Shown: piece by piece, positions 42,503 through 54,149 of the stretch | How the letters are laid out: each line of letters starts with the position of its first letter | Numbering within the stretch: the stretch's first letter is position 1 | Source: Carpediemonas membranifera BICM | Taxonomy: Eukaryota > Protista > Fornicata | Assembly: GCA_019828565.1 (NCBI GenBank) | Contig: JAHDYR010000053.1 | Span: forward strand, 1,145,044 to 1,209,043 | DNA length: 64,000 bases | Direction of reading: 5' to 3' | Made by a program: the position numbers and the translations under genes | The notes under the pieces: model-generated | Told to the model about the DNA's origin: nothing | The model's input: the letters and a program-made list of their open reading frames with translations, nothing else | Database searches by the model: none

Positions 42503-45500
42503 CTACTCTCCTTCCTTCTCCTCGTCTCTCTTCCTTCTCAGGTCAGACCTGAAGTTATCCATCTTGGCTGCTAGGGTGAAGCTGAGGGCTTCGTTGGTTG
42601 CCGAGAGTCGGGCCGCGCGGCTGAGTAAGTCCTCGTTCTCTTCGGTTAGAGACGAGCACTTCTCCGTTGTCTTCCTGAGGTCCTTCCGCATCTCGTCCAA
42701 CGCAGCTTGGGCTGCTCTCCGGGCTTCCCGTTCTTCCTCCAGCTCCTGGCTTTTGGCCTTGAGCTCGTTGATGGTTCTGGCTGCAGCTTCTTCCAGCTGT
42801 TGTCTGACCTCTGCTTCTCGCCGGGCCATGGCTTGGTCCAGCAGGGCCGCTATGCCTCTGCCCAGGTCGGTGTCCTCCTGTCGTGCTCTTTTTGGGCTGC
42901 AGGTCCTCTTGGTCCACCTGTCTGACCTGGCGGGTCTTGGCTGATGGGTTGGGGGTATGGGGGGGCACAGCTCTTAGTTGGAGGGGGCCCGGGCTCTGTT
43001 CGCTCTGTCCTGCTACTTTGCGGTTGTTCAGTGACAATTTGCCCGCGTGGAGGGCCATATAGGCCCCCTATGCCGCCATTCGGCAGGTAGACCTCCGTCC
43101 TCCTGTGAAGCATCTTGGCGAGTTCAGTAGCCCTTCGTCTCACCTTTGTTCGAAGCGCCTGCTTCCTCTCGGTCCTCAGTCTGTTCTTGGCGTTAGTGCT
43201 GGCGCCTTCCGGGAAAACACAGTTCAGCGTGTCCCATGGCTTCCCCCCTTTTGGGTGTTCCACGCCTGAGCCCGCCAGGGCGAGTTTGCCTATCCAGGAG
43301 GCGCTCCTCAAGGTGCCCACTCGCCTCTTCCCTCTTTCTGCTGGTTCATCCGTGATACCCCAGTCCCGGGGGAGGAACGAGGGGAGGAAGTTGATGGAGC
43401 CTGTCTCCGGGTCGACACACATGTTGGCCAGGAGTTCTCGATCGTCGGCTGGGACCTCCGTGAAGTAGTTGAAGATCTTCTTCCTGGCTTCTCTGCCCAT
43501 GTGGCCTCCAGCTATGTCGAATTTGTGGACGGGCATCAAAGACGCCGCTTGGGATAGGGTCATCGTTTTGGTGTCGCTGACGTCTAGAGTAAGCATCTTT
43601 TCCGCGTCTATTTCCGTGGGCTCCCCCTCAGGTTCGCCCAAGGGAAACCGTCTTGGACAGCGCGGCGGCGCCCGTTCCACTCCGAGTGGATTTCCAGGAG
43701 GATGGGTCGCGCTGGTTCGCCTACTCTCGCGAGCGATTCTGGGTTTCCGATGATCACGGCTGTTCCTTCCAGGGCTCTGGTGATACCCTTTCCGGAGCTG
43801 AAATCGTTTTCCTCCCAGTTGGTCATGATAATCTGGCCCCGTTTGGGGTTCTTGGTGCCAAAGAGGTTGACTTGTTGGGACAATGGGGTTAGGCGACCGG
43901 CCGCCACGGTGCCGGGGCCGTGTCTGGCGTTGACTTTGGTCGCCAGGTCCTTGTATTCATCATGGTACGGCGACTCCCCTGCCCATGAGCATGCTTCCTA
44001 GGGCTGTGAGGTGGGCTTCTACCTGCCCCCAGTCCCAGCCTAGGTTGTCTCTCATCCAGAACGCTGTTGCTAGTCTGGCGTAGAATATGGAGACATCTGC
44101 TAGGGCGCAGTGGCAGTGGTGGGGTGCGTGCTTGTGATAGGGGCACACCACTTTTGCCTCCGGGCGCTGTTGGTACCTTCTGGTCCAGGTCCGGCCCAGT
44201 TCGGACTGGGGTCGGGAGGGGAGGCCGGTGAGGCTCTTCTCCCCACTATTGGGGTAGAACCAGGTCAGCGTGTCGAGGATGTTGGGGAAGATCGTGTTGA
44301 GGTCAGTTTCATCCATGAGGCGTAAGCTTAGCCAGGTGCGGAGGTTCCCGTCTGGGACGAACTTCTCACTGGTCAGGATGCTTCTCTCAGCCTCGACTCC
44401 CTTAGCCACGATGTGGACGTGGGTCTTCTGTGGCCCCGAGTCGTCTTCCAGTCTCTTCAGCTCTGTAGCCATCTCGGTGCACCATCGCTTGGCGTGGGGG
44501 AAGTCTGCTTCGTATCCCTTGGGGGCTTTGCCCGTGGTGTCGTCGACAAACGTAGCTGGTGGGCAGCCATGGATGTAGTGCGTGACCCACAGACATTGGT
44601 CCAGGGTATCCACTGTGATGTCTTCCCCAAGCATCCCGTGCATGTAGTAGAGGATTTGCTCGTTAGCTGGGTCGAAAATCAGTGCCGCCCCTTCGCAAAT
44701 GATGGCCTCGTCTCCTCGGTTGGATCTGGCTCTTCCTTCCTCAAAGTCCACCATAGCGATCAACTGCCTGGTGGTGTTGGCTCGTTGGGTGATATTGGAA
44801 CGAGGCGGGCTAGCTCCCATGTTGGGCCCGCATGTGCCCTTGTTTGGCGTGGTGGGTGTGTCATCAGGGCCGGAAGTCCTGCTGCCGCTCGGGCCCAGGG
44901 GGGTTTCTTCTTCGTTAGTACCCAGGGCTCCATGAGATGCCCCGTCCCGTACGGGCTCTATAACTTGGGTCTGCCCCGTTGTGAGCCAGTAGTTAGTGAT
45001 GTTGCGCGTCAGAAAGGAGGCAGACACCAGTTCGCGGGCAATCCTCGCGGGTGGGGGCCAGAGACGCCTGGTCTTATCCCATGCCGACCAGAGTTCGGGG
45101 AAGCCGGGGACTGACCACCGTTGGATGAGGTCTCTGACCTCCTCCCTCAGGTCTGCCTCTGCTGCCGAAGGCTCTTCTTCCAGGGGTGGGGGTGGGAAGA
45201 CTGGCCTCATCACACCCCTCGGTTCTGCTGTAGATGAGGATCTCCTCGACGGGGCCCTGGGTCCAGATCTGGATGGGCGTGCCGTCTGGTCTGCGGAAAC
45301 CTCCCTCCGGGGGGTGAGGGGCGTGGTAGCCTTGCCCTTTGGCTAGTTCCCGGCCTAGGTCGGCCCAGAGCTTCTTGTTTTCGCGTCCTAGTGAGGGGGA
45401 GCCCTCTGGCTGCAGCTCCCGCGGAGATGGCGTGTCCGGCGGCATGGAGGAGCCACATTGCAGCCTCCATCCCGTACTTGGTCTGGATGCCGTTGCCTGA

Positions 45501-46352
45501 GATCGAAGAGTGTCCTGCAGCTTGCAGCGATGTTGCCACGAGCTCTAGGAGGAGCGTCCTTGCGACCTTTCCCGTTCGGGCAGTGAAGTCCGTTGCGTCA
45601 TCTCTGGTGAAGACCATGGCAACGTCCCTTGTGGGAATAGCCGCATCTGCTGAGGCTCTGATGCAGTCCCATTCGTCCGGTGTGGCCAGTTGCTTGCCCA
45701 GTGGCGTTAACGACTCCTTGATCCCATTTGGGGTGGTGTTTGCGCAATCCAAGGCGTCTGGGACGCTTTGGGAGCTGTTCGAGGTCATTGTGTGGCGTGG
45801 TCTCGAAAAGTCCCGGTTATGGATTCGGCCGAGATCAAGGCCCTCCTCCACGGGGAGAAGTGATGGGGTGTGTTGCTCACTAGCTGGTGCCGTCTGGCTC
45901 GTCCGGTGGGGATGTGCTACGTACTTGGAGTAGTCCGCCTGGACTCTGGGGTAGAACACAAATTTGGGGGACCCTGGGCGAAGCCGGCTTAGTGTCTCCG
46001 CCTGCTCTAGGTCCAGCCGGTTCCCTTCAATGAATAGCCAGTATGGCTGTTGGGCGGCTTTTGTGTACCGTCTCAGGAGGGGAAGTGATGCAAACAGCTT
46101 CTTGGCCCGGCTTTTCCGGAGCTCCCCTGGGCCTTCCTTTGCTGTAAAGCTTCCCTGTTCTGGGTCTACAATCTTGTCGTATCCTATCGCGTTGCCGAGC
46201 TGGATAATGGACGTATTTGCTTTTTCCCTTCTGGTTTTCCTGAGATCCCTTCTGGGTGCAGCCTTAAGGGCGAATAAGCCATAAATCATGCTTTCTTCCC
46301 TATCTGGCATGTCCCTGTTGGGATATTCCCCTGTTTCCATTTGGAGTGGCAA
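42503..46352 (-). CDS. LINE-2 ORF1 (stitched) with Maelstrom-like domain and C-terminal coiled coil
   Basis: ORFs 45210-46352, 43960-45213, 43608-43907, 42850-43680 and 42503-42829; VDFE...ICEG...IHGCPP...AKGVEAE...CPYH...HCALAD; FLPRDWG shared with the other LINEs. Start uncertain. Confidence 0.8.
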
Positions 46353-48305
46353 AAGGCGGGAAGTGCACTTTTGCCAGCTTCTTGGAGGGGCTTGAGGAGG
46401 TCTGGTGGAGGTTCCAAGGGGCGCCAGCCAGCGATGTCCTGGTCTTGTATGGCTCCTTTCCCTTCCTCAGGGCGGATGGTTCAGGGGCGAGGTATGCGAG
46501 GTTTGTTGCGGACCTTGTTTCCACACAAAACATGTCTGGCGAAAACCCAAAAGGGAACCTTATTGCAGGGACAGGGAGCATCGCCCCACACGGGGCTGCT
46601 GTCCCTTATTCCCCATGCGTCCGTTCCATCTCTCCTTCCACCTTCACGCCTCCTCCTGGCCATTCGGCCGGCGCCTCCGCTGCCCAGCGGTCCCCAGAGG
46701 GGGAGGTGCATTACCAGGGGTTATGCACTCCGATCCCTATCGAGTCCTTGGCCCGAGTACGGCCTGGACTCCGATTTCGGGGGCGCCGCCTCTTTCCCCG
46801 GGAAGCAGGGCCCTCTTCGCACTCCGACGGGGGATCCCATATTCCCCTCCGGGCCCCAGGGTAGTCCCTTGCCTTGTGGCGGCAGGGGCTTCACCGCTCC
46901 TTCTCGGGAGTCCCCGACTCCTGGCCCGGCGACTCCTCGGGGTTGGGAGGCGCATTTCCTGCGGACCATAGCTGACGATTTTGCCCAGGTGGACGTCCTG
47001 GCCAGCCGGTGGCGGGAGCGTGCCGCTGCCTTTTCCTACCTGGCTCAGAATTACCGTGACGAGGACCTGAGTCCCCACGAGTCTAAGTCGGCTCGGGGTT
47101 TCGACGCTGAGCTGAGGGGCCAAATGCGGGTCTATAAGCGCCTTCGTGCTCGCATAGACGCCCGGCTGCACCAGCTGGTTGCCATTCACGCCCCTCGTCC
47201 TGTATCTTGTGGTCGCAGCCCGGTTGTTTCCTTCCTGGGTCGCGTCACTCCCAAGAGGTTGTGAGTCCTGGTAAACACCGTGATGGTTTATGCCTTTTGG
47301 CTTCGGCTGGGCGTTTCTTGTGGGGCTGTGGACGGGGCCCTCAGCGCTCCCGGTCTGTTGTCCGGTATGGCTGGTGTACTGGGGGCCTGTTGTGGTGGCC
47401 CTGTTGCCTATGCCGGCGGCGGGCGGCGATCCCGGCTCTCGTGGCGATGACGTCCACAAGCCCGGTCTTGGGCGGCATGAGAGCACGGGCGCCGGAGTAG
47501 TGTGGCCCAGTGGCCTCCCAGTGAGAGCCTATTGGCCGCCGGTCCCGGTGCTCTCGGGTTACTTTGCCATATGGCCCCAGTTAAGTTGTCTGAGGCAATC
47601 GTGTCGCAGTGCCTCTGGGGCCTACTGCGGGTACCGGTTACGGTAGGGGTTTCAATCATAAAGGTGGCGCAGTACGCTTGTTCGCGTTGATTTCCCTTGT
47701 GGGTTTGTGCGAGGAGCGTTTAGTTGCGTCTGGTCCCCTTGTGGGTCCCAGGAGCATGGGCGGTAGGTTTTGTTTGTTGTTAGAGTACTGTGTATTCTGT
47801 CAACGCTTTCCTACCGAGGCTAACTTATTCCCTTTTGGGTGGTTTTTGCCTCTGTGCATTTTTTGGGCACACGAGGACGATCATCTGTTGCTCGACATAG
47901 CTTGGCGCACGGCGAGGTATACAGGGCAGGGGAGTGGGCTCCAGGTGAGGTGGTGCGCACCTCACCTGGAGCAGCCAGTTGTCCTCTGCCGGCCCGCTCT
48001 GGCGCTAACCTGCTTCGCAACGGGCGATCTCCTCCGGGGAGCAATTTGCTTCCCCAATGTGCCCTATGGCTAGTGGGTTAGGAGAATACTTCCCATTTCT
48101 GCTCTCGTGCCCCAGAGCAGACGAACTCTTGGTCCTGAAATTACCATTTGGTGGATGCTGGCGCCGCGGGGCACCGTCGCTCGCTTCGAGCTCGAATAGC
48201 TTTCAATGAGATCCGATAAATCCCGATTGCCAGCTTTTGGCCTTTTTCCGGTTGGTTTCGTCAACTTCCCATACCGGACATTTCAACTGCCATGGTCGCA
48301 CATTG

Positions 48306-49404
48306 TGCCGGCCATGACAAAACCAATCTGGATGTTGGAATTACATGTTCGAATTGGGCAGTCTCGCTGAGTTCTGCCTGTCAACCACTGCTGGGATTAT
48401 GACTGTGGTACAACCATTAACTGGCATTACGTCCCGCAACCCATATCGGGAATTACGCTTTTGTTCTTGAATCGTCCCGTCGGACAATTGTGTGGTGATG
48501 CACGTGCTGCGTTAGAGGTTCCTGTGTTATCATGGGACTGTCCCTACCCCCCACGGACGTTGAGACTCCGTAACTGGGGAATTATACATGTTACGTTTGA
48601 CGTAGATAAATGCTGGAGGCCATAGCACCGGTGATCGAGTTTGTTCGTTCTGCTGCGCTGATTGGCGCTTTTCTTACATAGGCTTCGAAAATGGCCATGA
48701 GAGGCCTCAATTCCTCTTCGTTGTGGAGTTCTGGCCCTTTTTTGCATCGCGGCGTTTGTATCGGTGTGACGGGCAGGGGACAGGAACACCGAAGGGAAAC
48801 GATGAACTAACTTTAAATTGACTTTGACGATCATTGACCAATCATAAAAGAACTGATTGGGACAGCTAACACAACGTGACACTGCCTCCATGAGTGGGCA
48901 TAGGCCGTCTATGTTCGTAGGGGGTTCAATTGGGGTCGCCATTCGGCCCCTCATCAATTGATTCAGAAGGATGGTGGTGAACTCGCATGGTGGAAAATCT
49001 GTCCGGATACACGCAAAATCATACAACGAACCGCTAAGTAACTAATCAACATCAATATTCTTGAACGGCGTCGTGTTCCGCATCATTCTCAACGCAAAGC
49101 ACACAATACAAGAGCCGCACTTGCAAATCTGCGGTTTCTGCCTCCGCAATGAGAGATGTGGAGTATTATTAAGTAGATGACGACAACTAGAGAGCTTTAC
49201 GGGCGCTCTTCATCTTCTTGAGCAATTGGGGATGCTCAGCAAGATAGTCGTCAAGGGCAGCGAGCTTGTCGAGGTCTCGGGTATAAGGCTCCCAAGTTGC
49301 CTCACTATCGTCGTAGCCGTGCCAGAGCACGTGGAATTGGAGGTTCCTCTGCCTCCAGCGGTGGGCGTCAACTCCTCGGACGACATACTCGTTGTGCAGG
49401 CGGG
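48306..49404 (-). mobile_element. Gy-C 3' internal region and integrase chromodomain end
   Basis: EYVVRGVDAHRWRQRNLQFHVLWHGYDDSEATWEPY (49187-49404), then about 0.9 kb of 3' region contiguous with the PPT/LTR at 26772-26880. Confidence 0.8.
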
Positions 49405-49601
49405 TGTAGTCAATATTAATATCTACCAATATCCCTGGGAGGGTCCAAACCTCTTTTTACTCGTAAACTCTTTCTCTTCCAAACCACAGTACTAGTACTT
49501 ACCTATGGGTAGAGAACAGAAAAAACAAGCGCCGCTCCTGAAAGAGGCAACATTCAGCGCTTTCGTAGCTTTTACGACGTCACTGCGTGACTTTAAGGCT
49601 A
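49405..49601 (+). mobile_element. Gy-I 5' end: 84-bp LTR (49405-49488), palindrome, gag start (ATG 49505); gag resumes at 58029 after LINE-3
   Basis: TG...CA segment interrupting Gy-C integrase. Reconstructed gag MGREQKKQAPLLK...RDFKARGGKAKLRKLISPEIQSY aligns with the Gy-B gag N-terminus. Confidence 0.8.
49488..49499 (+). promoter_or_regulatory. Palindrome AGTACTAGTACT at the PBS position (Gy-I)
   Basis: Perfect 12-bp palindrome between LTR end and gag ATG. Confidence 0.8.
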
Positions 49602-50380
49602 AGAAAGAAAGAAAGAAAGAAAATTTATGGTGCCTGGTATCGGGCCCCGGTTACTTAGGCTGATCTCCCTTATTACTGGAGCCGAGTTCCCCGGGCGCTG
49701 CCTCCTCCCTGCGATTGAACTTGTCAGCTGCGTCCAACGAGCGATTCGGTGCTACTGCTTCCGCTCACTCCCGATTTCACTTCCCCCCATAGGCCTTCGC
49801 CATCTCCGTGCGCTGAGCGCTTTCCTGTCTCCCTGTAAACCCGGCAGCTTCCAGGGAGCCTGGGGGTCTGTCCTCGGTGCTTCCACAGGCAGGTTTGTCC
49901 TGCAAGACCTTCTCTATAGCACTCCCTGATTCCCTGCAGTCCCTACGGGGTCGTTCAAGCATGGCACCCTCTCCTCTTTCCAGATTCCCTGTTCAGTGCC
50001 CCCACGACCCTGTTAAGTGGCCTACCCGTGGGCGGGGAAAGCAACTAAGTCCCTCTCATCTACCCCCTGTTAGGCGGCGTGGGTTAGGGCTAACACAGAC
50101 TCTAGATCTGCAAGGCCTAGTACCCCTTATGATAGTTCTCTTGTGCTACACTTCCCAGCGTCCCTCTATCGTTCACAAGGGCGGCGGGGACGTCATGTCC
50201 CCCCGTATCCCATGCTCAGTCCCTGCAGTTTCCTTAGGTTCACCGCGAGTGGTGCAACCATCCAATTGATGGATTTCCTCTGTCCCTGGCCCTGCCCTCT
50301 CCCTGGGAAACATGGGGGGTCTCCCCTTGATCCCAGAGTCTATGCTTCCCTGCCCCCTTTCTGGATGTGGTGTTCCTTAT

Positions 50381-53300
50381 CTATCCATCTATTCTATAGC
50401 TATCATAGACCTTTGCCAGGGCTCTCAGCCCAGCTCGCAGTCCTTCCCATATCTCTTCCGACCCTGTTAACACTAGTTGTTGCACCTCTAAGATTGGCCT
50501 CTTCTCATACCACCTCCCATTCGGGCCTCTTCTGACTTGCAATTCCCTGGTCCTCTCCTTAGCTGTCTTCCATATCTTTTCCCAGTCATCTCCTCTTTCA
50601 ACCTCTGGGCACTCACACATAATGTGGGCCGCCGATCCCAGCGGCTGACCCCTTACCCACTCCCCTGATTAGTGCCTGCTTCCTGGCTTGGTTTGGCTGC
50701 TCTCTCGCTATTTGCCACAGTAACTCTATCTCGCTCTCCTTTGTGCACAGGGGGCACCTCCTTTGTATCTTGTGTTTGAGTTCCTCACCCATCGCCAGGT
50801 CCGCCAGCGCTCGCTCTGGGCCTTCTCCCCTTTCCGCTGATGATGGAGACGGGCTGACATTCGCTGCCACCGACACTATCCTTTTCCACTCTGCCCTTGA
50901 CTGCCACTTCCCTGTCTTCCTACTTATGGCCGGTTTCCCCGCCATGCACTTTCCCATACGTTTGGGTCCTAGGACTTCCATGAGCCCCACCGCTGTCTTG
51001 CTCTTGCACCTCCTGGTCCAGTTCATTCTTACCATCTCCCTACCAAAGTCTATCTTCCCTGCATTCGTTGCTCCCTCTCTTGTTCCTCTGAGGAGTGCGT
51101 TCACTGAGTCCCTGGCTTTCCACATAATCGATCCCTCCTTCCAGACCCTGTCTCTGATTGGTATATCCTGGCCCCTGCTTGTCACGATCCTCTTGACTGC
51201 TAGCATCTCCAGGTGGGCTTGCAGGTCCATCCATCCGTTCAAGATGCGCATGACCGAGCCCCCACCTGGGCCTGTTCCGGCCATGATGCCCTGCCAATCC
51301 GTCCATATCTTGTTCCCCCCTGCTGCGTAGCCCCACACCTCCACTCCAAACATTATCCTCGGCCATATGTAAACTTCGAGGAGGAGCCTGCTGGCTAGCG
51401 CCGGCATGTTGCCTCTGGTCCATCCCACTCTTCTCACTAGCTTCTTGTACCTTTCGCTCTGCTCCCGCTTCTTTCTGATACAGGCTGCCAGTGGGTCTTT
51501 TCCGCTGGCTATCCAGAGACCTAGGTACTTAGCTTCCTCTTTTGCCATTAGGGTAACTCCCCCCACTCTCGCCACTGCTGCCCTGTCTACACTGATCATC
51601 TCACTCTTTTGTGCATTTGCCCTCATGAGGTGCTCCTTGATAACTTCTATGACTAGGTTCGCCACTATCTTGCTCTTTTCCGGTGTCTCCCCTGTGACCG
51701 CTGTATCGTCCACGAACATGGTTAGGGTGGCCGGCAGCGTGTCCCGGACTCTTGGTAACTCCGTTGGTGGTTCCCTGATATCGTACTCTTGTCCCTGATG
51801 CTTCTTCCTGACCAGGTGAGGCCAGTTTGCCATGAACAAAACGAACAGGGTCGGCGCTAGGACACATCCTTGCTTCACTCCCCTGTTTGTTCTCTCCCAT
51901 GACCCTGCCCCCTTCACCGAGATCCATGTCTCTTCTAGTGTACTCTGTATTGCCCTGATGAGGTGGTCTTCGACCCCCATTCCCTGCAGCTTATCCATGA
52001 GGATGTCCCTCGGGACGGTGTCATAGGCTTTCTCTATGTCTAGGAAGATCGACGTGGTCTCCCCCCCTTCCTGGTGTCTCTGCACGATGTATTGTATCTG
52101 TTGTATTACGTCCTTATCCGATTGGAACCCTGCTTGCTCTCTTGGGATGAGGTGCCATGTGGCTGCTTCTAATCTTCTCTTCAGGAGCCTACCATACACC
52201 CTATACAGTAGTGGTGTTAGCGAGATGGGTCTGTACGACTCCGGCTTCACTCTGGGCTTCCCTGTCTTGTGGATGGCCGAGACTGTAGCATACTTCCATG
52301 TTGTCGGGATCTTGCCCTCCCTGTATACCCTGTTCATGAGCCTAGTTATCTGAGCGATCCCCTGGTCATCTGTGTCCCTGAGCATGTCCCCTGTAGTGTG
52401 GTCCGGTCCCGGTGCAGTGTCCCTCTTTGTCCTTCTGATCGCTTCTCGTATTTCTCTCTCCTTAAATTCGTCCTCCCTCTTTCCATTGCCTCTATCCTTC
52501 CACTCCGGTTCCCTGCCCCTGCTCACTCCTGCATACTGTTGTAGGAGGATCTTACCTATTTCTTCCTTGTTGGTGGTAATCTTCCCGTCCTTCAGTATGC
52601 TCTCTGGCATGCCCTTGAACTGGTTTTCACACCACCATCTTCTTACCGCTGCTTCCACCATGGACCTGGATGCTTTGTATCCTTCCTTCGCGCTCCGGCT
52701 GAGGTCCTGGATCCACTCTTCCCTGCGTTTTCCCCAGAAGGCCTGTAGCTCACGCTTCATGATCTCACTTCTGGTCTTGTTTCCCTCTTCTGTCCATGGT
52801 GTGTGCCGGAGTTCCGACCACACCTTTTCTTTGATGACCTCTTCCCTGTCTCCACTGCCTGGGTGACCTGACGGCTCGCCCATATCCTTCCTGATATCCT
52901 CCTCCCACTCATCCAGGCTCTTAAAACGGTGCAGTCTTCTGACTGATGTGCGTTCAGCCTTCTTCCTCATGTTCCACACTCTGACGCCCGGTATGTCTAG
53001 GACTTCCTCTCTCTTTTGTAGTCCGTTGGATCCGTTGTTCCCTCCATTCCAGTCTTATCATGTTGTGGGCTGACCCCCAGACTCCGAGTCGACTAGCATC
53101 CAGTACTTCTATCCTTGCTCCTCTGATCCCTGATGATACCAGCGCGAAGTCCGGAGTGGTAGTTCCCTTGGTGAGGGTACCTTCCATGGGGATCACTGCT
53201 CCCAGCTTATAGTCCCTGATCAGGTCCTTCCATCTTGCCATTGTGGCTATCCTTTTGGGGTCGAGGTTCCAGTCCCCTATGATGATTGTTTCCATCTCTC

Positions 53301-53832
53301 CTTTCATCTCCATAATGCTCCTTATTCCGTCCCTGAACTCGTCCTTCTCCTCCCTTCCGTGGCCGACCGGTGGGCCATACACGTTGATCACCAGGATGTC
53401 CCTATGGGTTCTGAGTATGCTCACCTGTATCCTCCCTGATAAGCTATCTGTGATGCCTACGTCCCAGCTCCCTCTTGCTCTTGGGTTGATGATTGTGCCC
53501 ACTCCTTCTCTAGTACCCCTCGTCCTGGGCGTCCGGCTACTGCTCCCTGCTATGCCCAGCTGGGCATCTATTCGGCGCTGGCTTTGGGCTTCTTTCTTCC
53601 TCCTCTCGTTGTCCATAGCTAGCTCCTCCTCTGTTTCCTTCCCTGCCATTGCGTAGTCGAAGTCTATGAAGTTGTGTACCCTCGTATTCGCCGTCCTCCA
53701 CGTTTCTTGGATGCATACTGCATCTGTGTCGCTCAGTTTCATCCTTATAGCCGTTGCCATTGAGGCCGTGAAGTCCTTTCCCTTCCCGATGTGTCCCTCA
53801 GTGTTCAGGCTCGCTATCTTGATCGTTTCCAT
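50381..53832 (-). CDS. LINE-3 ORF2 (APE-RT-CCHC), two frameshifts
   Basis: ASLNTEG, IQET, INVYGP, GDWN, SAH; YRPISL, LDIEKAYD, GVKQG, FVDD, YLG; CPLC...CEC. Confidence 0.93.
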
Positions 53833-54149
53833 TCTTGTACTCCGTCTTTCCTATCCTGCGAATTTTCGGAAATTCCCTGCAATCTGCCCTTGTCCCGTCA
53901 CGGGGCCTTCGTGCCGGCTCCGGTTACCCATGGCGGGCCAACTATGGGTTACCCTGGTGACCATCCTTACCTTCGGGCAGGGATACTTAGGAGGGGGCGC
54001 ATTGGCGTGACCCCCCTTTGGCTGCCGCCACAGCCCACCGGCAGTGCATTTCAGCTAATGCCGGACCCTGGGTGGGAGCCAGGGTTGGATTAAAAGAAAA
54101 GAACTGACAACTGTCACTATCACTCTCAAAGAATACCACTTTACCCTGC

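Larger units (their letters stand above)
26881..48289 (-). mobile_element. LINE-2: full-length non-LTR retrotransposon (about 10.6 kb without inserts), interrupted in its 3' UTR by Gy-A
   Basis: 16-bp TSD CCATGGTCGCACATTG at 26865-26880 and 48290-48305; (TTTC)n tail; APE-RT ORF2. Confidence 0.93.
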
